Assembly: GCA_037441365.1 (NCBI GenBank)
Contig: JBBISG010000002.1
Span: 7,462-71,461, forward strand
Reading direction: 5' to 3'
DNA length: 64,000 bases
From: Nitrospirota bacterium
GTDB taxonomy: Bacteria > Nitrospirota > Thermodesulfovibrionia > Thermodesulfovibrionales > UBA9159
The translations under genes were made by a program, and so were the position numbers. Numbering within the stretch: the stretch's first letter is position 1; every line of letters starts with the position of its first letter. The notes beneath the pieces are model-generated. The model saw nothing but the letters and a program-made list of their open reading frames with translations, was not told the origin of the DNA and did no database searches. Shown here in pieces: positions 45,521-54,716 of the stretch.

Positions 45521-46084
45521 ATGGCTATTAAAAAGATTAAAAAGACATGGACAGAAAAGAGGCAGGCGAAGAAGAAGCCGCTCAAACCGTCAAAAAGGAC
45601 TCCTCAGACAGGGGTCAAGGCCAGGACAACAGCAATAAAGACCCCGCAAGAGACGGAACAAAAGAAAAAGGTGTCTTCAAGGGTCAGGAAGGCAGAGGCT
45701 GCCAAAGAAAGGCTGGAATTATTGAGGAGGCAACTGCTTCAGAGGCGAGAGGAGATCATAAAAGAGGCGAAGATCGAGATAGGAAAGTATGTAAAGGGAG
45801 AGGCAAAACAGCTTGTTGAGACAGCCCTCGATGATGGCGATTGGTCTGTTATCGACCTCTCTGAAGATATCAATCTTAAAAGGCTTGAAACACACAGGGA
45901 GAGCCTCCGAAATATAGATGAGGCATTGAGAAAGCTTAAGGAAGGCACCTACGGCATATGCGAGGACTGTGGAGAGGAGATCAGTGTTGAGAGATTGAAG
46001 GTCCTGCCATTTGCCGTTCTCTGCAGGGACTGCCAGGGAAAAAAGGAGGAGATGGAAAAGATAGAGAGGGAAGAGGTTATTTAA
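45521..46084 (+). CDS. DksA/TraR-family C4 zinc-finger protein with a long basic N-terminal region
   Basis: CEDCGEEISVERLKVLPFAVLCRDCQ preceded by a coiled-coil region. 187 aa. Confidence 0.75.
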   Translation: MAIKKIKKTWTEKRQAKKKPLKPSKRTPQTGVKARTTAIKTPQETEQKKKVSSRVRKAEAAKERLELLRRQLLQRREEIIKEAKIEIGKYVKGEAKQLVETALDDGDWSVIDLSEDINLKRLETHRESLRNIDEALRKLKEGTYGICEDCGEEISVERLKVLPFAVLCRDCQGKKEEMEKIEREEVI

Positions 46085-46857
46085 GCGGGCTTATAGATTA
46101 TCCCCTCGAGAAAGAGTCCCTGTGGTGGGGCTGTGGGCCCGGCAAGCCTTCTATCTCTTGATTCGAGTATATCCTTTATAGCCTCTGGCATTATTTTCCC
46201 CCTACCAACCTCGACAAGTGTCCCCACAATATTTCTCACCATATGCCTCAGAAAGGCATCAGCCTCGATCGAGAGTTTTATGAGATTACAGGGGAATTCT
46301 GTAAAGAAAAAGGTCGCCTTTTTAAGCCTTGCAACCTCAATGCGATAGACATGCCTGACAGGATTCCTTGCCCCGCAGCCTGCCCCCCTGAAGGAGGAGA
46401 AATCGTGACTTCCACAGAGATACTCTGCTGCAGCCCTCATGGCCTCAAGATCGAGACAGGTTCTCACAGCCCATACGTATCTGTTGATGAATACAGGGAT
46501 ATCCTTCCCCTCGGCTATAATGTAAAAGTACCGCTTGCTGTGTGCACTGTACCTCGGATGAAAATCACCCTCCTCCACGCTGATGCCTGTAATCCTGATA
46601 TCCTGTGGGAGCAGGGCATTAAGCGCCCTCTTTATAACCCTGGCATCAAGCAAAGATGAAGAATCGAAGGCCGCAACCTGTTCTACGGCATGAACGCCAG
46701 CGTCAGTCCTTCCAGCACCTATGACCTTTACCCTTTCACCTGTCAATCTGTATAAACGGTCCTCAAGTAGCCCCTGAATGGTGATACCTGATGGCTGTAT
46801 CTGCCACCCGTTGTAGGCAGAACCGTCATACTGGAGTCTCAGCACTATCCGCCTCAT
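46081..46857 (-). CDS. truA: tRNA pseudouridine(38-40) synthase
   Basis: LQYDGSAYNGWQIQP...GAGRTDAGVHAVEQVAAF...FLRHMVRNIVGTLVEVG. Confidence 0.9.
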   Translation of the reverse strand: MRRIVLRLQYDGSAYNGWQIQPSGITIQGLLEDRLYRLTGERVKVIGAGRTDAGVHAVEQVAAFDSSSLLDARVIKRALNALLPQDIRITGISVEEGDFHPRYSAHSKRYFYIIAEGKDIPVFINRYVWAVRTCLDLEAMRAAAEYLCGSHDFSSFRGAGCGARNPVRHVYRIEVARLKKATFFFTEFPCNLIKLSIEADAFLRHMVRNIVGTLVEVGRGKIMPEAIKDILESRDRRLAGPTAPPQGLFLEGIIYKPA

Positions 46858-46984
46858 AGGATATATTATACTTTTGGGATAGAAGATGTTGATATACCAT
46901 AATCCGTTGGCTACGGATCATGGTTGATATATTTTATGGCTCTGCCGAACCCAAAAACTGTTATAATTCTCATCTGAGGTAAAC

Positions 46985-49357
46985 ATGCATATCTTCATAT
47001 CATTCCTATCAGGGATAGTCCTCTTCTATACCTCTCATCTGTTCCCTGTCCTGACAGGCATCGTGTTTCTTTTGTCGGCATTGTTCTTACTGTTCAGAAA
47101 GAGATACATCCTTGTGCCGATCATAATCATTGGCTTTCTCTATGCCTTCTTCAGATACGACCCTCCAGTAGAGCCATCTTCTCTAAGCAGCAGGGAGGTC
47201 ATTGTAGATTGTGTTGTGAAAAGCTCACCCTCTGAATTATCATCAGGGCGGTTTGTCAATGAGTCTGATATCCTGTCAGCAGTGGATGTCAGCACAGGCG
47301 AAACCATCGACCCTCTCAGGGGTAAAGAGATGAATCTCATTTCTGATTATGGACTGAAACCTGATCTTCGCTACGAGATTTTAGCAAAGATAGGGAATGA
47401 CAGGGAGAGACACAATCCAGGTATGATGGGGGGAGGCAGGCTTTATGCCTATCTTGAGGACGTAAGAGGGGCAGAGGAGATCAAAGGGAATCCCCTGAAT
47501 AAATGGTTTCAGCAAAATAGAGATAAACTGAATCAATATCTCAAAACTCACTTTGATAGCGATTCTGCTGCCCTGCTGTCTGCCATTACTACAGGCGAGA
47601 GGTCTGTGATGAGCGAAGACCTCAAAGACGCCTTCAGCACCACCGGCCTTGCCCACCTCCTGAGCATCTCAGGCACACACTTCGGGTTATTCTCGATGCT
47701 CATATTCGGGATATTCAGGATTGTTATCGGCTCCGTGCCGTACCGATTTCTTCAGAGGCTGACGATTTATCTCACACCATCTCAGGCATCTGCGATAGTG
47801 TCCCTTCCATTTATGTTCTTCTATCTCATAATCTCAGGGGCGAGCATCCCTGCGCTGAGGTCATTCATAATGATAAACATATTCCTCCTCGGCCTCCTCA
47901 TAGGCAGGAAGGGATTCTGGCTTAATTCTCTTTTGTTCGCTGCATTCTTAATATGCCTGTGGGAGCCCTCTGCAATCCTGAACATATCCTTTCAGCTCTC
48001 ATTCCTTGCAGTACTGTTCATAGGCCTCTGCATAAAAGAAGGGGGTCCCCAGAAGGGCTCAGAACCTTCGGGATGCTGGCAGAGATCCATCCATCGCGTT
48101 GCCGGCATGTTTAAAAATACACTGCTCATGAGCCTTTCAGCATCCCTCGGGACAACTCCTCTTGTGGCGTATTATTTTCATTATTTCTCAATAATCTCTC
48201 CTGCTGCAAACATCTTTATAACACCATTTATAGGCTTCATCCTTGTACCCCTGTCGCTCCTTTCGGCATTTGTATTCATGCTGTCAGGGCATTACCCGCT
48301 TCAGGGCCTCATTGCAGCGATAACCGAGACCGCCATACGGGGCGTAAGGCTCTTTGCATCCATACCGGCAGCAGATATCAAGATGCCTTCCTTTCCACTT
48401 ATAGCAGTCATCATCTTTTATGCCGGCGTTATGATATACATCGTAAAGGGACTGGGGATAATGCTGAGATACGTCTCAGCCTCGGTCTCGATCCTGGTCT
48501 TTTCAGGCATCATCGCCCTGCCGATGATATCGTGGAAAGACGATATGGCTGTCACATATCTCGATGTGGGACAGGGCGATGCAGCGGTCATAGAGGCATC
48601 AGGAAAGATAATCGCCATAGATACAGGAAGGACAGGGAAAGAGCTCACCTCCTATCTGAGATATCTTGGTAAAAGAAGCATTGATGCCCTTGTAATAACA
48701 CATGCTGATACTGACCATTCTGGAGGCACATCTCATGTGTCGAAGAGATTGAGGGTCAAAGAGATATGGGACAACGGACTGCTCGTCTATCCTGATGGGC
48801 CTGACGGGTTTAAAAAGACCTACATCAGGCACCTCGAAAGGGGTGATGTGCTCGAGACCGAAGGGCTCACTATCACAGTCCTCCATCCATATAAAGGATT
48901 TTATACCTTTTCTGACAGCGAGGCTGCTGCCGAAAACAACGACTCCCTCGTGTTGAAGGTAAGGGGGAAAAAAAGCTCCTTTTTGTTCACTGCTGACGCA
49001 GCAGATGAGGCAGAGTGGGATATGGTTCACCTCGGCAGATGGCTTAAGAGCGATGTCATCAAGGTATCCCATCACGGCAGCCGCACATCAACGACAGAGG
49101 ATTTTTTAGGCGCAGTATCACCAGACATAGGGGTAATAAGCGTTGGGAGGTATAATACATACGGCTACCCGCACAGGGACGCGTTAGAGAGACTCAGGGG
49201 TGTAAGGATTTACAGGACAGACAGGGACGGGGCGATCAAGATCACAGAGACCTCTGAGGGCCTTGAGGTGAAGACATACAGGGACTTCGAGTTCGAGAAG
49301 GCGAGAGACCTTGCAGGAGAATGGGGGAATATAAGGAGGCTCTTTATAAGGTGGTGA
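46985..49357 (+). CDS. comEC: DNA internalization-related competence protein ComEC/Rec2 (membrane channel plus metallo-beta-lactamase domain)
   Basis: Polytopic competence domain (TGLAHLLSISGTHFGL). C-terminal MBL domain (YLDVGQGDAAVIE...ALVITHADTDHSGG...KVSHHGS). Confidence 0.85.
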   Translation: MHIFISFLSGIVLFYTSHLFPVLTGIVFLLSALFLLFRKRYILVPIIIIGFLYAFFRYDPPVEPSSLSSREVIVDCVVKSSPSELSSGRFVNESDILSAVDVSTGETIDPLRGKEMNLISDYGLKPDLRYEILAKIGNDRERHNPGMMGGGRLYAYLEDVRGAEEIKGNPLNKWFQQNRDKLNQYLKTHFDSDSAALLSAITTGERSVMSEDLKDAFSTTGLAHLLSISGTHFGLFSMLIFGIFRIVIGSVPYRFLQRLTIYLTPSQASAIVSLPFMFFYLIISGASIPALRSFIMINIFLLGLLIGRKGFWLNSLLFAAFLICLWEPSAILNISFQLSFLAVLFIGLCIKEGGPQKGSEPSGCWQRSIHRVAGMFKNTLLMSLSASLGTTPLVAYYFHYFSIISPAANIFITPFIGFILVPLSLLSAFVFMLSGHYPLQGLIAAITETAIRGVRLFASIPAADIKMPSFPLIAVIIFYAGVMIYIVKGLGIMLRYVSASVSILVFSGIIALPMISWKDDMAVTYLDVGQGDAAVIEASGKIIAIDTGRTGKELTSYLRYLGKRSIDALVITHADTDHSGGTSHVSKRLRVKEIWDNGLLVYPDGPDGFKKTYIRHLERGDVLETEGLTITVLHPYKGFYTFSDSEAAAENNDSLVLKVRGKKSSFLFTADAADEAEWDMVHLGRWLKSDVIKVSHHGSRTSTTEDFLGAVSPDIGVISVGRYNTYGYPHRDALERLRGVRIYRTDRDGAIKITETSEGLEVKTYRDFEFEKARDLAGEWGNIRRLFIRW
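48041..48080 (+). repeat. degenerate P-element P8 inside comEC
   Basis: GGGGGTCCCCAGAAGGGCTCAGAACCTTCGGGATGCTGGC, translated as GGPQKGSEPSGCW. Confidence 0.55.
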
Positions 49358-49361
49358 GGGT

Positions 49362-49401
49362 TTGACAATTCACATTAGAATGTGATACACATATTTATGT
49401 G
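49362..49401 (+). promoter_or_regulatory. candidate vapBC promoter with two operator-like palindromes
   Basis: TTGACA at 49362-49367. Palindromes TCACATT-AG-AATGTGA (49370-49385) and CACATA-TT-TATGTG (49388-49401) lie upstream of the RBS and ATG at 49426. The -10 element is weak. Confidence 0.4.
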
Positions 49402-49425
49402 AACCTTAAAAAAGGAGGATACCCG

Positions 49426-49671
49426 ATGGAGAGACAGAATGTGACATTATCCCTTCCAAAGACGCTGGTGAAGCGAGCAAAGGCATTGGCAGCAAAAGAA
49501 GACAAGTCGCTTAGCGCTTTTATAAGTGAATCCATCGAAGAGAAAGTGAGACAGAAGGCGGGGTACAAGGAGGCGATGGAAAGACATCTAAAGATCCTTG
49601 AAAAGGGTTTTGACCTTGGAACAAAGGGACATATCTCAATCACGAGAGAAGAACTTCATGAGAGGAGATAA
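49426..49671 (+). CDS. ribbon-helix-helix (CopG/VapB-like) antitoxin
   Basis: The ATG at 49426 follows AGGAGG. MERQNVTLSLPKTLVKRAKALAAKEDKSLSAFISESIEE shows the beta-strand-helix-helix pattern. Overlaps the PIN gene by 14 nt. Confidence 0.7.
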   Translation: MERQNVTLSLPKTLVKRAKALAAKEDKSLSAFISESIEEKVRQKAGYKEAMERHLKILEKGFDLGTKGHISITREELHERR

Positions 49672-50089
49672 GGTATTTCTGGATACGAATATCTTAGTTT
49701 ATGCCCATGATACCTCTGCTGGAGACAAACACGCGATAGCACTGAGAATTATGAAGGATTTATGGACTTCAGGTCTCGGAGTTCTGAGCACCCAGGTCTT
49801 ACAGGAGTTTTTCGCTATCGCAACAAAGAGAATCCATAAACCATTAGGCGTCCCGGAGGCTAAAGAAATCATCAGGGTTCTTTTAAAGTGGAATGTTGTT
49901 ATCAATGATGGAGAAGGCATATTGGAGGCGATAGATATTCATTTGCGACATAAGTATTCTTTCTGGGACTCCATGGTCATAGAGTCGGCTATAAGGAGTG
50001 GTGCTGCATTACTGTTGTCCGAAGACCTTTTTGATGGACATACGATAGGTAGTGTTGTAATCAAAAATCCCTTTCGTAGCGCCGGGTAA
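49658..50089 (+). CDS. vapC: PIN-domain toxin (VapC-like)
   Basis: VFLDTNILVYAHD (first acidic residue), ...FWDSMVIESA... (later acidic residues). 143 aa. Confidence 0.75.
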   Translation: MRGDKVFLDTNILVYAHDTSAGDKHAIALRIMKDLWTSGLGVLSTQVLQEFFAIATKRIHKPLGVPEAKEIIRVLLKWNVVINDGEGILEAIDIHLRHKYSFWDSMVIESAIRSGAALLLSEDLFDGHTIGSVVIKNPFRSAG

Positions 50090-50160
50090 TTTTCCTTCTG
50101 ATTTTTGCAAAATATCAGTAATATTAAAAGTTTTATGAAAAAGGAGGAGAAAACATAAAA

Positions 50161-50248
50161 CCACAGAATTTAACCCAGAGCACAGAGAAAAAGAATTTTG
50201 GATTTAGAAAAAACTCTGCGAACTCGTGGTGAGAATTTCTCCGTGAGG
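50161..50248. repeat. H-element H9, intergenic between vapC and the glycosyltransferase block
   Basis: Left arm CCACAGAATTTAACCCAGAGCACAGAG. A-rich loop. Right arm CTCTGCGAACTCGTGGTGAGAATTTCTCCGTGAGG. CACAGAG-type units as in H13. Confidence 0.6.
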
Positions 50249-50288
50249 AATTTTCATTAAGAAGATTTATTCGTAAAAGGTAGGGAAT

Positions 50289-51284
50289 ATGGCGGATGAA
50301 ACTGACAACCCATTAGTTTCGATAATCGTAAGGACGAAGGACAGGCCAAAGCTCTTGAAGAGGGCACTGCAGAGTATTGCTGCCCAGACTTACAGACCAA
50401 TAGAGGTAGTCCTTGTAAATGACGGCGAAATAATATGCGATCTAAAGCTTCTTAAAGAACAGATGCAGGATATCGCCATTAATTATTTAGAAAACAACTG
50501 CGAGGGAAGAACAAGGGCTGCCAATCAAGGCCTTGAAAATGCAAGCGGTAGTTTTGTTTGCTTTCTTGATGATGATGATCTTTTTTATGATGACCATGTA
50601 TCGACCCTTGTTTGCTTTCTCAAGGACAGCGATTATAGAGTGGCATATACCGAGAGCTATTTCGTCCATACGGAATATAACCCTGCTGATAAGGCAGTCA
50701 TTCAAACAAGAAAATATCCAGCTCCAACGATAGATTTTTCCCGTGAGACGCTTCTGTTTTATAATTACATACCCTTCATGTGTCTTATGTTTGATAAAGA
50801 CGTTCTAAGACAGGTTGGTGGATTTGATGAAGATCTTGAAATGTGTGAGGATTGGGATTTAACAATTAGGGTTTCAAAAAGATTTCCCTTTTACCATATA
50901 AAAAAAATCACCTCAGAATATCACATTTGGAGTAAAGATATCCAATCAATTCAGGGCGATGCAAGACTACTCCATTACCGGAGAATGATTTACCAAAAAC
51001 ATTTAGCTGAATTGAACCCTGACATTATCTCAACATTCATTTTCAATGGTTACTGGATAAATATAAAATATATAGAAAATAAGATCCATATCTTAGAAAC
51101 AGAACTTTCAAAAAAAGACGAAGAGCTTCAAAAAATTCGAGAAGAATACCAAACGTTAGAAGCTGAGAAAAAGATGCTGGAAACCAGTTTTCGTCAATTT
51201 GAAGATTATGTCAGGACAAATACAATCAGATTGCCCAAAAGACTGAGGACATTTATTAAGGCGCTAATATCAAAGACCATTTAA
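50289..51284 (+). CDS. family-2 glycosyltransferase with C-terminal coiled-coil tail
   Basis: VSIIVRTKDRPKLLKRALQSIAAQTY...FLDDDDLF (DxD)...CEDWDL. Confidence 0.75.
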   Translation: MADETDNPLVSIIVRTKDRPKLLKRALQSIAAQTYRPIEVVLVNDGEIICDLKLLKEQMQDIAINYLENNCEGRTRAANQGLENASGSFVCFLDDDDLFYDDHVSTLVCFLKDSDYRVAYTESYFVHTEYNPADKAVIQTRKYPAPTIDFSRETLLFYNYIPFMCLMFDKDVLRQVGGFDEDLEMCEDWDLTIRVSKRFPFYHIKKITSEYHIWSKDIQSIQGDARLLHYRRMIYQKHLAELNPDIISTFIFNGYWINIKYIENKIHILETELSKKDEELQKIREEYQTLEAEKKMLETSFRQFEDYVRTNTIRLPKRLRTFIKALISKTI

Positions 51285-51323
51285 CCTCGCCCATGGATTA
51301 CTATTTGCAGATAAGGGTAAAGA

Positions 51324-52172
51324 ATGTATTCGATATCAGTTATTATAAGGACAAAAAATGAAGCAAAAACTATCGGCAAGGTCTTGCAGAGACTAAAAGA
51401 TCAAGAATACGATGGACCTGTTGAGATTATTGTTGTAGATTCAAGTTCTACAGATAAAACGGTTTCAATTGCACAAAGATTTGGATGCCATGTTATCAAT
51501 ATAAAACCAGAAGACTTTTCTTTTGGCCGTGCATTGAATATCGGAATAGAACATGCACGCGGTGAAATCATAGTAAATCTTAGCGGCCATTCAGTTCCGG
51601 TTAATACAGATTATTTTACTCTTATGGTAAAACCCTTTGAATATCCAAATGTTGCTGCAACCTTTGGAAGAGATATTCCGTGGCCTGAGGCGTGTCCGTC
51701 TCAGACAAGAGATATCCTCAATCATTTTCCTGAAACAGGGCTGGATGGAAATAAGTTTTCTAATGCAAATGCGGCGTTAAGGAGAGATATATGGGAAAAG
51801 ATAAGGTTTGACGAACAGGCATTAGCCTGTGAGGACCTTTTATGGGCAAAGAAGGTTATGCCCGCAGGCTACAGTATTGTCTATGTACCTCTGGCCAAGG
51901 TATTTCATTCTCATTCTTCATCAATTGTGTATATATTCAAGAGATACCTCAAAGAAAGGATGTCAGTTAAACATTTACTCAATCTTCCAGAGATACAGTT
52001 AAAAGATGTTTTAAAACACGCCTACTGGCAAACGTTATGTGACTTTAATTATATTAAAGAGAATGGGATTAGCCTTAAATGGTATTTCCACGTACCCTTT
52101 TATAGATTATCGCAGGAGCTGGGGCTGTATATAGGCTGTAAACTTGCAGATAGAAGGAGATTCAATGACTAA
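51324..52172 (+). CDS. family-2 glycosyltransferase
   Basis: ISVIIRTKNEAKTIGKVLQRLKDQEY...EIIVVDSSSTDKT...CEDLLWA. Confidence 0.75.
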   Translation: MYSISVIIRTKNEAKTIGKVLQRLKDQEYDGPVEIIVVDSSSTDKTVSIAQRFGCHVINIKPEDFSFGRALNIGIEHARGEIIVNLSGHSVPVNTDYFTLMVKPFEYPNVAATFGRDIPWPEACPSQTRDILNHFPETGLDGNKFSNANAALRRDIWEKIRFDEQALACEDLLWAKKVMPAGYSIVYVPLAKVFHSHSSSIVYIFKRYLKERMSVKHLLNLPEIQLKDVLKHAYWQTLCDFNYIKENGISLKWYFHVPFYRLSQELGLYIGCKLADRRRFND

Positions 52173-53601
52173 AGAGAGATTTAAAATTCTTATGGTAGTC
52201 CATTGCTTTTTGCCAGAAAGTATAGGAGGTTCGGAGGTCTATACATATAATCTATCAAAGTTATTAATGGAAAAAGGGGTTAATGTAACGGTTCTGACAA
52301 CCTTACATGATTTAACATTAGAAAGATATAAGGTAATTAAAACTGATTTTGAAGGAATCAATGTAATTAAGATAGTGAACTCTCAATTTTATGTTAATGC
52401 ATTTATAGATTATTTCATGAATCCACATATAGACAGGATGTTTATGAGGATATTAGCTGAAGAAAAACCCGATTTAATACATTTTCAACATATACCATAT
52501 TTATCGGGTAGATTGCCTGAAATTGCTCACCAGATGAATATCCCGAGTATTTTCACAATACACGATTACTGGTATATCTGTTATAGAAGTCAACTTATAA
52601 GACCTGGCATTGGCCCATGTCCTGGACCCTCTGAGGGGATATATTGCGCATCATGCAATGGGGTTTCAATCCCAAACCCTACTGCGGTCCCGAGATTTCC
52701 TATGCTAAACAAACTGATTCAATTGCCAGTTATAAGAAAACTTAATTTAAAAGAGAGGCTATCTCCATGGGTAAAACAGAAAGTCAGATCCATACTATAT
52801 AAACAACCTGCTGAGGAGGAGTGTTTATCTAATCCTTACATATTAACGATATTAGAGAATATGTTCAGGTTTAATTTTTTTAAAAGACAGTTTTTATTTC
52901 CTAAAATCGTTACGAGCCCTTCTTATCATCTTAAGAGGAGATATGAGAATGAAGGCTATCGAGAGATTGTGCATCTTCCCCTCGGATTTAATAACCCTGA
53001 CAAGGTAGAGAGATTAGCTTTCAGCGAGAAACTAAGGATTGCATACCTTGGCAATATCGTTCCCTGGAAAGGCGCGATTATTATTCTCAGGGAGCTGTTG
53101 AAGTTGCAAAAGAGAGGCGCGGTCGAGGTGCATTTTCATGGCAGACCTAACGATAAATTGTATCTGGAAGAGATCAAGAATCTTGCCAGGGCATTCCCTG
53201 ATGGAAGCATTAAATTTCATGGTGCTTATAGGGGCGATAAGGAACTTAAAGAAATATTATCCAGGGTTCATTTAGTAGTCTTCCCGTCCCTCTGGGAAGA
53301 AAACTATCCTTTAGTTGTCAGAGAGGCCCTTTTGCGTGGTGTACCAGTTATCGGGTCAAAACTTGGGGGTGTGCCAGAGGCGGTGGAAGATGGTGTTAAT
53401 GGTTTTATATTCGATCCTTACAAAGAAGGGGATCTTGCAGAAAAAATCAACCTTATACTTGAAAGTCCTAAAATTCTGGAGAAGATTACTGAAGGGGCAA
53501 GGAATACAAAGATCGAGAGCATGGAAGACCATGTTGGGAAAATTATTAAGATATACCATGATGCTATAGCTGACAATAGCGATATAAAAAATATCTTCTA
53601 A
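52165..53601 (+). CDS. GT-B fold glycosyltransferase (GT4-like)
   Basis: The ATG at 52165 follows AAGGAG and overlaps the upstream stop by 8 nt. FKILMVVHCFLPESIGGSEVY N-terminus. C-terminal FPSLWEENYPLVVREALLRGVPVIGSKLGGVPE (E-x7-E region). Confidence 0.75.
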   Translation: MTKERFKILMVVHCFLPESIGGSEVYTYNLSKLLMEKGVNVTVLTTLHDLTLERYKVIKTDFEGINVIKIVNSQFYVNAFIDYFMNPHIDRMFMRILAEEKPDLIHFQHIPYLSGRLPEIAHQMNIPSIFTIHDYWYICYRSQLIRPGIGPCPGPSEGIYCASCNGVSIPNPTAVPRFPMLNKLIQLPVIRKLNLKERLSPWVKQKVRSILYKQPAEEECLSNPYILTILENMFRFNFFKRQFLFPKIVTSPSYHLKRRYENEGYREIVHLPLGFNNPDKVERLAFSEKLRIAYLGNIVPWKGAIIILRELLKLQKRGAVEVHFHGRPNDKLYLEEIKNLARAFPDGSIKFHGAYRGDKELKEILSRVHLVVFPSLWEENYPLVVREALLRGVPVIGSKLGGVPEAVEDGVNGFIFDPYKEGDLAEKINLILESPKILEKITEGARNTKIESMEDHVGKIIKIYHDAIADNSDIKNIF

Positions 53602-53624
53602 TGCCATGATAGGTGCATTCTTAA

Positions 53625-54542
53625 ATGTGTGAAAATGGAGATGTGGATAGTATATCTATACTCATTAGGTGCAAGAATGAAGAAAAATTCATAGGTCTAA
53701 CACTCGAGAAGATATTCGAACAAGAGATCAATACGCCATTTGAAGTGATCGTAATAGATTCTGGTTCAACTGATAGAACTATTGAGATAGTGAAAAATTT
53801 CGATGTTAAATTATATCAAATAGCACCAGAAACATTTACTTTTGGCTATGCCCTTAATTATGGAATAGAACGAGCAAAAGGAACAATAATCGCTAATATT
53901 TCTGCTCATTGTATTCCTCGCAACAACCAGTGGCTCTCTGAACTGGTCAGGCCCATTGTGGAAGGTAACGCAGGTGCAACATATGGAAGGCAGATCCCCG
54001 TTGAAGGGGTAAATCCATTCGAGGAGGTTTCCTTATACAAGCACTTTCCTGAAGATGAGAAAAAAAAAGGCAGGGTACCATTTTCAAATGCAGCTTGTGC
54101 CTTTCTGAAAGAGATGTGGATTGAGAGGAGATTTGACGAGGAGATGCCCAGTTGGGAAGATTACCTATGGTATCTATTAATGAAAGACAGATACAGATTT
54201 AAATACTGCCCGGATTCAATTGTATATCACTCCCATGCCTTTTCCATGGAATGGATTAAAAGGCGCGCCTTTATAGATGGCCAGGCATTCAAATTGATCA
54301 AAAAGAAATATGGCATAGACCTTCTTGATGGTTTATATCCAACCTTTAGGGAAAAGGTGAAATGGGGTCCCCAAAAAATCGCAAGATTTTTGGGGGTGGC
54401 ACTAGGAATATTTATAAACGATGTAAAACACCATTTAAGGCTCTTTAAAAAAAATGGTTACTTGAGGCAGATATTCTTGATACCCATTGTGAGATTGCAT
54501 GTCTATAAGGCATACTGGAAGGGATACAGGTCCGTAAGGTAA
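53625..54542 (+). CDS. family-2 glycosyltransferase (paralogous to 51324..52172) carrying an in-frame palindromic element near the C-terminus
   Basis: ISILIRCKNEEKFIGLTLEKIFEQE...EVIVIDSGSTDRT...WEDYLW. Confidence 0.7.
   Translation: MCENGDVDSISILIRCKNEEKFIGLTLEKIFEQEINTPFEVIVIDSGSTDRTIEIVKNFDVKLYQIAPETFTFGYALNYGIERAKGTIIANISAHCIPRNNQWLSELVRPIVEGNAGATYGRQIPVEGVNPFEEVSLYKHFPEDEKKKGRVPFSNAACAFLKEMWIERRFDEEMPSWEDYLWYLLMKDRYRFKYCPDSIVYHSHAFSMEWIKRRAFIDGQAFKLIKKKYGIDLLDGLYPTFREKVKWGPQKIARFLGVALGIFINDVKHHLRLFKKNGYLRQIFLIPIVRLHVYKAYWKGYRSVR
54364..54400 (+). repeat. P-element copy P9 inside the fourth glycosyltransferase gene
   Basis: GGGGTCCCCAAAAAATCGCAAGATTTTTGGGGGTGGC, translated as WGPQKIARFLGV. 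Confidence 0.85.
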
Positions 54543-54567
54543 TTTGTGATTATAACAGTCATACCAT

Positions 54568-54623
54568 TGGGAAATAGGAAGTAAAATTTGTCTGAAAGTC
54601 TGTCACTTCCCATTTCCCATTTC
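54568..54623. repeat. H-element H10, intergenic
   Basis: TGGGAAATAGGAAGTAAAA - loop - CACTTCCCATTTCCCATTTC. Confidence 0.75.
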
Positions 54624-54629
54624 TTAACC

Positions 54630-54666
54630 GGGGTTCCCAAAAAGTCAAAGACTTTTTGGGGTGCCC
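54630..54666 (+). repeat. P-element copy P10, intergenic, adjacent to hairpin H10
   Basis: GGGGTTCCCAAAAAGTC-AAA-GACTTTTTGGGGTGCCC. Confidence 0.9.
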
Positions 54667-54716
54667 TCTTCCCATTTGTCTGAGTCCCCCCGGGAATAGC
54701 GTCATGTATTGAATCT

